A DNA stretch of 64,000 bases. It comes from the human T2T-CHM13v2.0 reference genome, Homo sapiens. The notes under the pieces were generated by a model. That model worked only from the letters and a program-made list of their open reading frames with translations, made no database searches and was not told where the DNA came from. Below are positions 39,376-51,707 of this stretch, piece by piece (the first letter of the stretch is position 1; each line of letters begins with the position of its first letter). The stretch is taken from assembly GCF_009914755.1 (NCBI RefSeq), contig NC_060925.1, one strand, 5' to 3'. The translations under genes were made by a program, and so were the position numbers.

Positions 39376-42019
39376 TTCATTGCAAATAACCATTAGGTTC
39401 TTTAACATAGGTTATATTACTATGTCCTTACCATCTCTCTGCAGGAGAAAATGGGTGGGTCATATGGCACCTTTGTGCATATTCGAAAACTATGCCCCTC
39501 TGGGCAATAATGGCTTAGTGAGCAGAGCACAGGGTAGATTTTAGCCCCATTCACTTCATCACCCAGGTGTATTTGTTCAGTGCATGACCTTAACAACCAC
39601 ACACAGCAACCCTATTCAGTGTCTTGCCAAATCCCATGGTTATATCCTTCACTCCAAATCCAGTTCTCATTTTATTATATGCAGCACACAGACCATATTC
39701 TGGGTCTTGGACATCTATTCAGGCTCCAGGATGGTTGGCATTTGGTCTCAGGCTAAGTGAGGCAGTGGAAGGAAGAACAGCGTAAACAACTTAGCTTGCG
39801 TTTGTGCCACAAACAGGCAACATTCCTGCTGGTGCCTGTCCCTGCCTGCCAGATTCCAGTGAGGATCCTGGGCTATGAATAGTCCCAGTGATGCCCTCTC
39901 AGAGGACCCACTGGACTTCCCGCAGGCCCGGTCCTTGGCCTCCACCCCACACTGGCCACTGGGAAATCAGGGACAAGACCTCTTCCCTGGCACCTTCATC
40001 CTGCATGTTTCTTCCCGCTTGCTTTCCGCCCGGGATTACCGCCGGGGCTGGGCTTCTGCACGTGGCTGTTGCTTGGGCCCCCACGTGGGCTGCTTGAAAA
40101 ACATCTCTCTGAAAGCAGAGAAAGTGTGAGCCGTCAAGAAGGAGCGTGTGGAAGGAGAGAGGTCCTCGGAGGAGGGGAAATTTACAGCATTCATTTGGCC
40201 CATTCTAAGGACACCGTGAGGCCTGCATGAAATGCCTTCCGGAGGTGAGCACCGGTATTTTACTGCCTAAAATCCAATGTCAGTGCTTCCATGCCCTTGG
40301 AGATTACCTCCCCCACCCCCTCCTGTGACAGATAAGGAAACTGAGGCCCATGATGGAAAGTGACTTGCCTAAGCCTGTACAGCTGAGTGAAAAATCCCAG
40401 GCACTGATAGGGGAGGCCCTGAGTGCAAGCTAAGTTCTCTGGACCTGATATGTGCATGATGTCAGGGCTGGAGACACAGGTGGATGCCCCGTTTGGTTCC
40501 CTGAACTGTCAGCCTACTATGTGCTTTAGCATAGATTATATTACTGTGTTCTCACCGTATCTCTGTAGGAGAAAATGAGTGGGTCATTATAGAGACAGAA
40601 ACTCAGGTTCAGAGTCGGGACCACTGCAGGCCCTTAGGGCACCTTTGTATATATTAGAAAAATATGCCCCTCTGGGCAATCATGGCTTGGTGAGCAGAGC
40701 ACAGAAGGCCAGAGAGTCTGACTCACTTGCCAAAGGTCACACTGCACCACAGCAGAGGAGAAAGCCATGTGATCATGGTCAGGAAGACCCTGTTCAGAGG
40801 CCAACAGTCTGGGTTCTGTGAATACCACCCACTGGCTCTGTGACCTTAGCCAAGTGACTTTGTCTCTCTGAGCCTCAATTTCCTCACTGATAAAATAGGA
40901 GTAGTAACTGTAAGGCTGTTATGAAGACTTGGTAAGACAATACAGGGAAGCGCTCAGCACAGTCTTGGGATAGCCTCATGCCAATGAATAGTCGTGCCAA
41001 TGTCAGTGTGATTATCACTACCAACAGAAGTAGGCGGTTATAGCAGACATTTCTTGGATTGGTTGCCAGAGTCCAACTTCTGGATTCCTTGGGGCAAATG
41101 GCCATGCCTTCTGTGTGCCATCTCGGTGGGGATGGTGGTGGTAGGGGTAGTTCTAGGTGCTCCTCTCCCTCTGTGAGAATAGAGGGAGCCACAGCCCCCC
41201 TCCGTCACCCCCATCCAGCGCACACTCCCACTTGACCAGCTGCCTGTGCTCTGCTAAGTCTTTGAATCTTGAGCGTTGATCCAAGGTCAAAAGGAACAAC
41301 GGCTGGGGATTTGTTGTTGTTGTTATGGTGGTTGTAGCAATGTCTTAATCAGCCTTTTCCTGTCATCAGATGCCCGTGGATTTATTCATTCAGCAGCTAT
41401 CCCCGGAGCTCCACTTGGAGCCAGGCACCAGGCAGGGGGCTCAGGTCCCGGAAGTGCCCACAACAGGCAGCTCCCTGCTCCCCTCATTCCAGTCCTTCCA
41501 GAGCCTCCCTGAGACCTGCCTCTCCTGAGCTTACTCCTCCAGCCTCCTGTTGGTTCAGAGAGCCCCTGTGCTCCTTCTAGTACATTCCCCTCTGCTTATG
41601 TCAGCCAGGGCTGACTTGGCTGCTGACGATGAGGGAGGCCTGGCTAATTCCAGGCCATGGTGGGCTTGAACCTTACGCTTCTCTGTCTCCCATGCCTGGG
41701 CTCTTCCTGCCATCATCCTCCCTCCTGGTACCCACAGTCATCTCTATGCCTGAGCCCTGTAGACCTCAAGGCTGACCTTGGTGGGACCAACCAAGTCACA
41801 GGATTTGTCTGAGAAGAACCGGGGTATGAAGAGTTTTGTGGGTTTGAGATGCCATAAAACTGTCCAACAACAATGACTTCCAAACTACCTCCCTCTGAGC
41901 TGTGGTGTCTGCAGAGATCCCTCATGGGCTGTCAGGATTTGAGAGTGCGTTGGGGCAGTTGAGTACAAGGGCTCACTCCCTTCCCTACCCCCACACCTAT
42001 TTTAACCAGAGTGGCTTTA

Positions 42020-43060
42020 CCTAGCACAGTATTCAAGAGGCATGCCCTCTGGGACCACGCTGCCTGGGTTTGGATCCCATCTCCACCACGCATGAGCTAT
42101 ATGACCTTGGATAAGTCACTTATCACTCTGTACCTCAGTTTCCTCATCGGTAACACGAGAATGGAGAGACCTCAGAATGGTGCAGTGACGATTCTAGGAA
42201 CGTATGCTACCTAAGGCTTCAAAAGTGCTGGCCTGTGATGAGTCTTCAACACACGAGAACTACTGTTACTCTTGCTTTTCCTAGTGGGTTTCAGCGGAAT
42301 ATTCCATAAGAAAAAAGAAGGGTCTTTTTTGTTGTTTAAGAAATGTCTGGGAATCTGCCCCCCGGTGCCCTCTTGGGCATGACCCCCTAGACCCACCTGG
42401 CGCTGGTGTCTTCCTCCAGCACAACGCTCCTCTGTGGGATAATTCCCAGCTCGAAAAAGCCACTCGACATTTCTGTGAGAAGTCACTCCTTGCTGATGTT
42501 CTCACTCCAGGCCATTTCAGGGCGTCTGGCCTTGTGGCCAACGTGGAGAAGCAGGTGGCAGCTGCCCCAGCTCTGGTGCTGAGCTCCCTGGGCAGCGAGA
42601 TTCTGTTCTGCCCTGCAAGATGGACCTTTTACACAGGCATTTGGGCAACTGAGGGCTTTGTTGGGCCCAGCTTCTCAACACATCAAAAAAGTTTTCTGGC
42701 TGATGTCGCTGGTGTGGGGTGGGAGTAGAGACCTCCCCTCCCCTCCCCTCCCCTCCCCATCCCCCGACTCCCCTCACCTCTCTTCTGTCCCTGCCGCTCC
42801 TGCGTTTGTTGTTTGTTACCATTTGCATGGCTTCCTTTATTTAAACACATAAACAATGAAACTTAAAGAGCACCGATTCTGGAGTCAGACACAAATGGTT
42901 CCTGTCCTGGCTTTGCCATTTATTGGCTGTGTGTCTTAGAACAAGGTGCTCGACCTCTCTGTTCCTGTCTCTCCATCTGGGAAATAAGGATGGTGAGAAA
43001 CTGAAACAGCAGGGAGGACTGAGTGAGCTCATGCATGTGAAGCACTGAGTGAGTGCTCAG
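42020..43060 (+). mobile_element. Two MIR copies (~42020-42270, ~42860-43060); others at ~40300-40410 (-), ~40830-41030 (+), ~44235-44490 (+)
   Basis: ATGACCTTGGATAAGTCACTT...CCTCAGTTTCCTCATC cores. Confidence 0.85.
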
Positions 43061-43077
43061 GAAATGTAAGCTTCTGT

Positions 43078-43222
43078 TTTTTTTTTAAATTATTTAATTT
43101 TTATATAGAGACGGGATCTCACTATGTTGCCCAGGCTGATCTTGAACTCCTGAGCTCAAACGATCCTTCCACCTCAGCATCCTGAAGTGCTGGATTACAG
43201 GCACAAGCCACTGCTCCCAGCC
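43078..43222 (-). mobile_element. FLAM_C monomer
   Basis: Single reverse left monomer; 16-bp TSD AAATGT(A/G)AGCTTCTGT. Confidence 0.92.
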
Positions 43223-43269
43223 AAATGTGAGCTTCTGTGAGGCCTGGGTTTAATGTGGTACAGGAAGGG

Positions 43270-43690
43270 GAAGCAACTCCATAGGAGGGAGCCAGGGAAG
43301 GCTTCTCAGAGGAGATGATGTTTGGACTGAGTCTTGATGGATGTATAGGAGAGTGTCAGGAGAAGGGCAGCTCAGGCAGAGTAAGCCCAGAGGCCTGGAA
43401 TTGTCTGGTGTCTTGGGAACAGCATATCATTCCAGAGGCCTGAAAGGTGGGATGGGACTTTTAGGGGAAGCAGTTGGAGGCAAGGCCTGAGAGGTGAGCA
43501 GGGCCACATCATGTGGGGCCTTTGGGCCAAGTTAAATGTATCCTGAGGGCAGTAGGGAGCCATGGAAGGGTTTGAGAAGGGGAGTGACCTGGTCTGCTTT
43601 AAGTTCTAGAAAGACAACTCAGCAGTGGCATGGAGAATGGGCTGGAAAGGGGGACTCTGCAGCCCCTTGCAGTCACGGTGGTGAGGCTCA
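43270..43690 (-). mobile_element. L2 fragment
   Basis: CCAGGGAAGGCTTCTCAGAGGAGATGATGTTTG...GGGCAGTAGGGAGCCATGGAAGGGTTTGAG. Confidence 0.8.
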
Positions 43691-43859
43691 GAAGGAGACA
43701 GGATGTCAGCAAAGCTCTTTGACCTGGGCCTGGCAGTCATCACTCTGGTCCCATCTGGTCAGGGTGGCTGAGCTGACCTCCACCCCACGGCCCGAGGCCG
43801 CTGCTCTGAAGGCCCGCCGAGCTGGCTGGAGAAGAGGCCGAATGCAGCCTGCAACGGGG

Positions 43860-44140
43860 AAGTAGAAATATTTGCTCAGCTGCAAGGACAAGCTCGAGTC
43901 TCTCCTTCCACATGAAGGGGAAAGACGCTGGCCAGGCTGGGGTCTGTCCACGGTTCTCCCGCGGCTCCCAGAGCTCGCCCCCGCCCCTCCATTTCTGCCT
44001 TTGAGCCATCCAGCAAAAGTGTCCCTGCTCTTCCCTGCAACAACCACTCAGAGCTCTGAAGTCAGCGAACATGACCTTTCTCCTTTTCTTCTCCAATTGA
44101 ACACACCCAGCTCTTTCATCTTTCCCTCATGTGACAGGGA
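43860..44140 (-). mobile_element. L3/CR1 LINE fossil (ORF2 C-terminal region)
   Basis: Minus-strand translation LSHEGKMKELGVFN resembles the CR1 motif LSYEERLKELGLFSL. Confidence 0.6.
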
Positions 44141-44626
44141 CTGACCTTTATTTTTATTTTTAGAGAAATGTCCAGATTCAGCAGCCATTGATTCAAATCT
44201 TTTTTTTTCAACTAGCTGACACAGACAAGGCACCATAAGCATTTAGAGCCAGGACTTTGATGTGAGGCAGCCTGGGCTTGAATCCCAGCCTGAGCTCTGC
44301 CACCACTCTGCTGTGTGACCTTGGACAAGTCGCTTAATCTTTCTGAGCCTCACTGGGCCTTTTCTCTAAGGAGGTATTTGTAACCCCTTTCTCAAAGAGT
44401 TGTTGAAGGAGCCAATGAACAAGTATTTACAAAGTGCTTAGGACAGTGTCTGGCATGTAGTAGGTGCTCAGTAAGTAGTAGCTACTATTGTCTATGTCCC
44501 TGGACACCTCAGCCCCTCTTCAGCTTCCTTTAATTCATGGTACTAGGCAGCTGTGCATTCACCAACTGCCAGGCCTTGATTCAACACTTCTGGGCTCAGA
44601 AGACTCTAAGATGGTCCCTCCCCAGG

Positions 44627-44954
44627 GGACAGGCATGGTGGCTCATGCCTGTAATCCCAGCACTTTGGGAGGCTGAGGTGGGAAGAGCACCTGAGCCTGG
44701 ACAACAGAGTTCAGGAGTTCAAGGCCAGCCTGGGCAACAGAGCAAGACCCTGTCTCTACAACAATTTTAAAAATTAGCTGGGTGTGGTCATGCATGTGCC
44801 TGTAGTCCTAGCTACTCAGGAGGCTGAGGTGGGAGGATTGCTTGAGCCCAGGAGGTTGAGGCTGCAGTAAGCTGAGATCACACCATGGCACTCAAGCCTG
44901 GGCAACAGACCCTGTCTCAAAAAATGCAAAAACAAGAACAAAAAATTAAAAAAA
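44627..44954 (+). mobile_element. AluJ
   Basis: GGGAGGATTGCTTGAGCCCAGGAGGTTGAGGCTGCAG; A-rich tail. Confidence 0.94.
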
Positions 44955-45272
44955 AGATGATCCCCAGTGATTTTTACCTATTTTTATTTTAACTTTCATC
45001 TCCTGCTATTATGCCTTGTGTCATCCCCTCCCCTTGAATTGGGGAGGACCTGTGACTTGTTTCTAACCAGCAGAGGTGACAGGATGTCACTTCTGGGATG
45101 ATGTTTGGTGAGATTGTATCTTCCTTCTTGCTGGTAGCCTCTCTCCCTGGCTGGCTTGCTGCAGCCAGCCGCTATGCTGTAAGCAGCCCCATGGAGAGGC
45201 CCGTTTGGCAAGGAGCTGAGGGTGGTCTACAGCCAATACTAGCAAGACAACCTACAAGGAACTGAATGCTGC

Positions 45273-46177
45273 TGTGATACTATGAATATTAAAAATATAT
45301 ATTTATTCTTCATCTCTGATTCCTGGCTCAGAGCTTCTGAAATGCTTGTAATTTCCTGCACGATGGGATGATAGGAGCATCTGTTGTTATAATATTTAGT
45401 CTTAGTCCCTGGTTCCTGGCGTAAGAGCTTTTAAGACCCTTGGAATCTCTGGAGTGATGAATATCTTTTGTATGCTGATGAGATGACTGGTGGTTGGGGG
45501 TCCCTAGATAGCTTCAGGACTGGGGCTGGTTGCCAGAAAGACTGAGGCAAGATGAGAAGGTTGGAACTTTCAGCCCTATCCCCCAGAGCTCTGGGGAAGA
45601 AAGAAGGGCTGGAGATTGAGTTTATCACCAATGGCCAATGATTTGATCAATCATGCCTACATAATGGAACCTCCATAAAATCCCTAAACAACAGGTTTGG
45701 CGATCTGGGTTGGTGAACACATTGAGGTGCTGCCAGGATGGTACATTGAGAGGGCATGGAGGCTCTGCACCCTCCCACAACACACCCTGCCCTATGCAAC
45801 TCTTCCATTTGGCTGTCCTTGAGTTGTATTTTTTTTATAATAAACCAGTAGTAGTAAGTAAAGTGCTTCCTGAGTGCTGTGAGTCTTTCTAGCAAATTAT
45901 AGAGAGGTGGTCATGGGAACTCCTGATTTATAGCTTGTTGGTCAGAAGTACAGGAGGCCCAGAACTTGCAATTGGTGCCTGGGTGGGAGCGGTCTTGCCA
46001 GACTGAGCCCTTAACCTGTGGGGACAGATGCTAACTCCCAGTAGTTAGTGTCAGACTTGAATGGAATCATTGGACACCTAGTTGATATCTGGAGAGTTGG
46101 AGAACTGGTTATTGTGGTATGGAAAAAACCCCGACACATTTGGTGTGAGAGGTGTTGCACTGTAAAATAGTTCAGCC
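45273..46177 (+). mobile_element. MER21-type (ERVL) solo LTR
   Basis: Starts TGTGATAC; CCCTTGGAATCTCTGGAGTGATG..TTTTGTATGCTGATGAGATGACTGGTGG; flanked by CTGC. Confidence 0.85.
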
Positions 46178-46337
46178 CTGCCAACAACCACATGAGCTTG
46201 GAAGTGGATTCTTCCCCATTTGGTCCTTCAGATGAGACCCTGACCTTGGCTGACATCTCAATTGCAGCTTTGCACAGGACTCAGGTAAGCTATGCCCAGA
46301 CTCCAGACCCACAGAAACTGTGAGATAATAAATGTGT

Positions 46338-46663
<326 letters not shown>

Positions 46664-46689
46664 TAAACGTGTTTTAAAAGCACTAAATT

Positions 46690-46992
<303 letters not shown>

Positions 46993-47389
46993 CTAAGTTA
47001 ATGGTAATATTGTTATTCAGCAACAGAGAACTCATACATTTGAGAGTGCATTAGAGCAAAACCACAGTGGGCTGGCAGAGCTATAAACTCCTCACACCAG
47101 CCAATGTGGCATCATGGGGATACTGTTAGTGAAGTGGTTTTACTAAACAACAACAGCAGCTTACGATTATTGAATGCTTGCCACGGTCCTTGCTCTATGC
47201 CAAGCCCTTTACATGTTTTATTTCATTTAGTCTTTGACATAACCCTATGAACAACAACTATTACCCCACTTGTCACTTGGGAGGGCAAAGGGTTTTGATT
47301 TTGAGATGACCTCCTCATCAGCAAGGGACTTGGCCAACTCCCCTTTGACCTGTCTAAAGACAAACACATTTCATCACTGCAAATGCTAG

Positions 47390-47662
47390 CTTTTTTTGTT
47401 TAATAAACATTTTATCCTGAAAAACATTTAGAGTTACAGAAAAGTTGTAAAGATAGTACAGAGAGTTCTTGTATACCTTTCACTCCATTCCTCTTAATGT
47501 GAGCATCTTGCTTTACCATGGAACATTTCTCAAAACTAAGACATCATCGTCGGTACATTACTCTTAACTAAACTATAGATTATTCAGGTTTCACCCGTTT
47601 TTCGATGAATGCCCTTTTGCCATTCCAGGATTCAATTCAGGATCCCACGTTGCATTTAGCAA
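47390..47662 (-). mobile_element. L1MC4-like 3' end
   Basis: TTACAGAAAAGTTGTAAAGATAGTACAGAGAGTTC...CAGGATCCCACGTTGCATTTAG. Confidence 0.75.
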
Positions 47663-47964
47663 GCATGGATTTTTTCTTCCCCAGACCCAAGCCAGTCTGG
47701 TCTCACACGACGAGTGCGTGGCCCTCTGTTGCCATGTGTTGACCCTAATCCTTGCAAAAGAACAACTCTGGCATCACCGAATTAAGGGCATGTTTGCTTT
47801 TTTCCTGAGCAAGGAAAGAATGTCCCACATTGGCTAAGAATGCCTTGGTCTGAACCATTTGGGAGGTTGACTGACGTCAACCCTCCAATAATTTTGCTCT
47901 GGTACCCACATTTTTGAAATTTCTGAAACAGAGGGAGGAGATGCCAGGTCATCACTCAACACAC

Positions 47965-48578
47965 ACTGTCTCACAGTTCCGGAGGCTGGAAGTCCAAGGT
48001 CAAGGTGTCAGCATGGTCGGTTCCTTCTGAGGACTGTGAGGGAGAATCTTCCAGACTCTCTCCTAGAGAGAGAAGGAGGGTCCCCTGGAGGTCATCTAGC
48101 TCCTCTCATCCCTTCTTCCCACCAAACATTGACTGAGTATCTCAGCATCTCCGTTGTCAGTTATAGGACTCCCCTAGTCACAAAAGACAAAAGGCACCCA
48201 AGCTGATCTAGAGGAAAAATAAAGGGAGACCTTTTAGGGGACTCAGTTCACATCAAAGTCCAAGTGAGGGAGAACTTTCCAGGCTCTGATGGTTTCCTGG
48301 CAATGTTTGGCATTTCCTGGATTGTAGAAGCACCACCCCCATCTCTGTCTTTATTTTCACATGGCATTCTCCACATGTGCATGTCTCTGTGCCCAAAATC
48401 TCCCCGATTTATAAGGACACCAGTCACATTGGATTAGCCACCCTATTCCAGGATGACCTCATCTTAACTAAGTACATCTGCAACAACCTTATTCCTAGAT
48501 TAGGAAATTCTGAGGTGCTGAGGGTTAAGACTTCAACATATGAATTTGGGTGTGGTGGGGAAACACAACGGAACACAT
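47965..48578 (-). mobile_element. MLT1B/C LTR containing a foreign ~200-bp insertion
   Basis: CTCACAGTTCCGGAGGCTGGAAGTCCAAG...TATAAGGACACCAGTCACATTGGATTAG...GACTTCAACATATGAATTT. Confidence 0.88.
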
Positions 48579-48579
48579 G

Positions 48580-48840
48580 ATACTATCTGTGGTTTCTCCC
48601 TGTGGCTTGGGCTTCCCACAGCAGGTGGCTGGGCCCCTAGAGGGAGCACCCCAGGGCGGGTGTCCCGAGAAGGACAGTTGGGGCTGCAAGGCTTCTGACC
48701 TCCCCTCCGAAATCACACAGCATCATTTCTGCTGTGTTCTGTTGGTTAAAAGTGAGTCACGGAGCCTGTGCAGGTCCAGGGGAGGGGCCCCACAAGGGTG
48801 TGAATTCTGGGAGGTGTGCTGGGAGCTGGCTTTGGAACCA
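48580..48840 (-). mobile_element. MLT1G/H-type LTR fragment
   Basis: AAATCACACAGCATCATTTCTGCTGTGTTCTGTTGGTTAAAAGTGAGTCAC. Confidence 0.7.
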
Positions 48841-49609
48841 GTTACCCCAGGTTCACGGCAGGCTAACATCCCGAATCCCAGATTAAAGCATGTTCTGTTC
48901 CCTGAGTTTTGTCCCTCTGGTTAGCTCCCAGGGGTAGTTGCTCAATAAACTGTTGTGGCCTGGAATTTTATCGTGAAGGGATCTGTTCCATCAGCAGGAA
49001 AGTGCCAGGCCCCACTGCTTCTCCAGTGTGCTCCCTGCCTCTTTTCCTTGGGAACCCAAGGCTGGCAGGGGCCAAGTCCTAGGACCGGAAGGACCCGAAG
49101 CTGGAACACAATGGGCTGCTTTTTCCTGCCCACACACCTGGGCCTGGCACTCAGGGGGAAAATTGCCCCAGGCAGGCGGTCTTGCCAGACTTAGAAAGAA
49201 GGAGACCGAACTTGAAATGTTTTCTAAATCCTCCAAATGGAGCTTCTGCAGCACCGGCACCAGCTTCCCCCATCCCCACCCCGGGAGAGAGGAAAAGCAG
49301 GGAGAGGAAGAGAAGGAGTAGGTTTCCAGTCTGTTTATATTTCAGGCTATTTTGAAACCCCCTGAAGGCACTCACACACAGGGGCACATTTAAATGCACC
49401 AGGAAGTGCTCCCGGAATGGAAACTGGAGTCGGCGGAACTCTGGGGCACTGCACTGCCTGCTCTGTTCTGCTGTCCTTCAAACAACCAACAATTCAGCCC
49501 CTTCAATGCCCAACTCAAAGCCTCTCTCACCGGAAGGGCTTCTGGAGGTCATCTAGCTCCTCCCATACCCCCTTCTCACCAAACATTTACTGAGCTTCTC
49601 AGCATCTTC

Positions 49610-49980
49610 ATTGTCAGTTACAGGACTCTTTGGTCCACAAGGAATAGAGGAAAGGCACCCAAGTTGATCTAGATGAAAACTAAAGGGGGATTTTTTAAGG
49701 GGCTTAATTTACATCAAAATCCAAGGAGAGTTTGGCTTCAGGTATGGTTGAATCCAGCTGTTCCAACCATATCATCAAAGATGGGTCTCTGAACATCCCT
49801 CAGCTCTGCTCCCTCCATGGTAGCCTCATTCTCAGTATTATAAGGAGGCAAGGTGCCTGCCAGCAGCCCCAGACCCTTATCAAGTCCCTCAGAAGACCTT
49901 GGGATGTGAGTTCCCATTGGCCAGGATTAGTCACATGCACTGCTATCCTTACCAGCTGGGAGTGGAGTCAACTCCACCCG
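49610..49980 (-). mobile_element. Old MLT1 (J/K/L-type) LTR
   Basis: GTCAGTTACAGGACTCTTTGG...GGCTTCAGGTATGGTTGAATCCAG...CCCATTGGCCAGGATTAGTCACATG. Confidence 0.7.
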
Positions 49981-50632
49981 AAGCTCAGAGGTCCCTCTCC
50001 CACCCAACCCTTATACCCAGACACCAGGCAGCAAGAAAACATGGTACCCATGCTCTCTGCTTATACCCCTCTAGTGATGGAGGACTCTTCAGCCTAGGGG
50101 CATCCCTGTCCTCTGATAATTTTATTCAGATTTCTATAATATTTCTTACCATACTTCAGTGCAATTTATTTGTTTGCCTATACCCCTTATTGTACTCCTT
50201 GGTTTCTGTGTCTTCAGCACAAGGCCCCCACAGAACAGGTGCTCAACAGACGTTTATCAAATGAAGGATTAATATCTTCCATTACTAAGCACATATGCTG
50301 TGCCAGGTGTTTGATGCATATTATCTCATTTGATCCTCGTGACCACTCTCTTAGCTAAAGAGCATCGTCCTGTTTTTATATGTGAAGAAACAGGTTCAGA
50401 CAGGTTAAGAAGTCACCTTACCAAGGTCATCCAAGAAGAAGGCAGTGGAGCCAGGATTTAAGCCCAGATATTTTTGACTTTAACTTGATATGGAGGTGGG
50501 AGAAGCTGGGAAAGAAGGGAAGAGGACAGGAAAGAAGAAGAAGAGCCGAGAGGGTAGTGGAGGAAAAGAGAGGACAGAGGAAGAGGAATGGGAGGAAGCT
50601 TTGAATGTTAAAATTTCTTCCTCTGATGGCTA

Positions 50633-50780
50633 TTATTATTATTTTTTTAAAGACACCGTCTTGTTATATTTCCCAGGTTGGATTAGAACTCTTGCTCAAA
50701 CTCCTGAAGTTTGAGTGGTCCTTCTGCCTTCTGCCACAGCTACTGAGCTGGGAACACAGGTGCACACCACTGCGCCCAGC
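50633..50780 (-). mobile_element. FLAM/FAM monomer
   Basis: Diverged reverse Alu monomer ending CACCACTGCGCCCAGC. Confidence 0.75.
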
Positions 50781-50795
50781 TGGATGGTTGTTCTT

Positions 50796-51223
<428 letters not shown>

Positions 51224-51707
51224 TAAATGTCATCCATATACTGACATAGCACATTAAGAGTATTAAGTTCAGTAAATGAAGAAAAAAGATGATATAATTT
51301 TATTTGGGGTACAGTTTGAAAATAATTTCAGCTTGGGAATTTCGTGGTGGGGTAAACTGCTTATCTTTTCAGTACTGTTTTTGTTTAAAAGCCTCAAATC
51401 ATTTTGTGCAACACTTGCAGAGAATTAAAAAAAAAAAAGACTCAAATCTCTGGGTCACCAGAGTCCCTCATTTTAATAAATGATTTTCTGTTATGCTTGA
51501 TAATGGCATTAATAGAATAAGAAGGGAGAAATAGAAGACCAAAACTGGTGACCAAGGATTACACCTGGCTGGTCTACAGTGTCCCCAGTTCATGTCATTA
51601 TCATTGGATTTGCTTTTTAAATTCAGAATAGGTGTTGGGTTGGAGGGTGGGCTCTTTGTCTTCATTGCTGTGATGTTTGGAAAATAAAACAACTGTGGAA
51701 AATAGGA

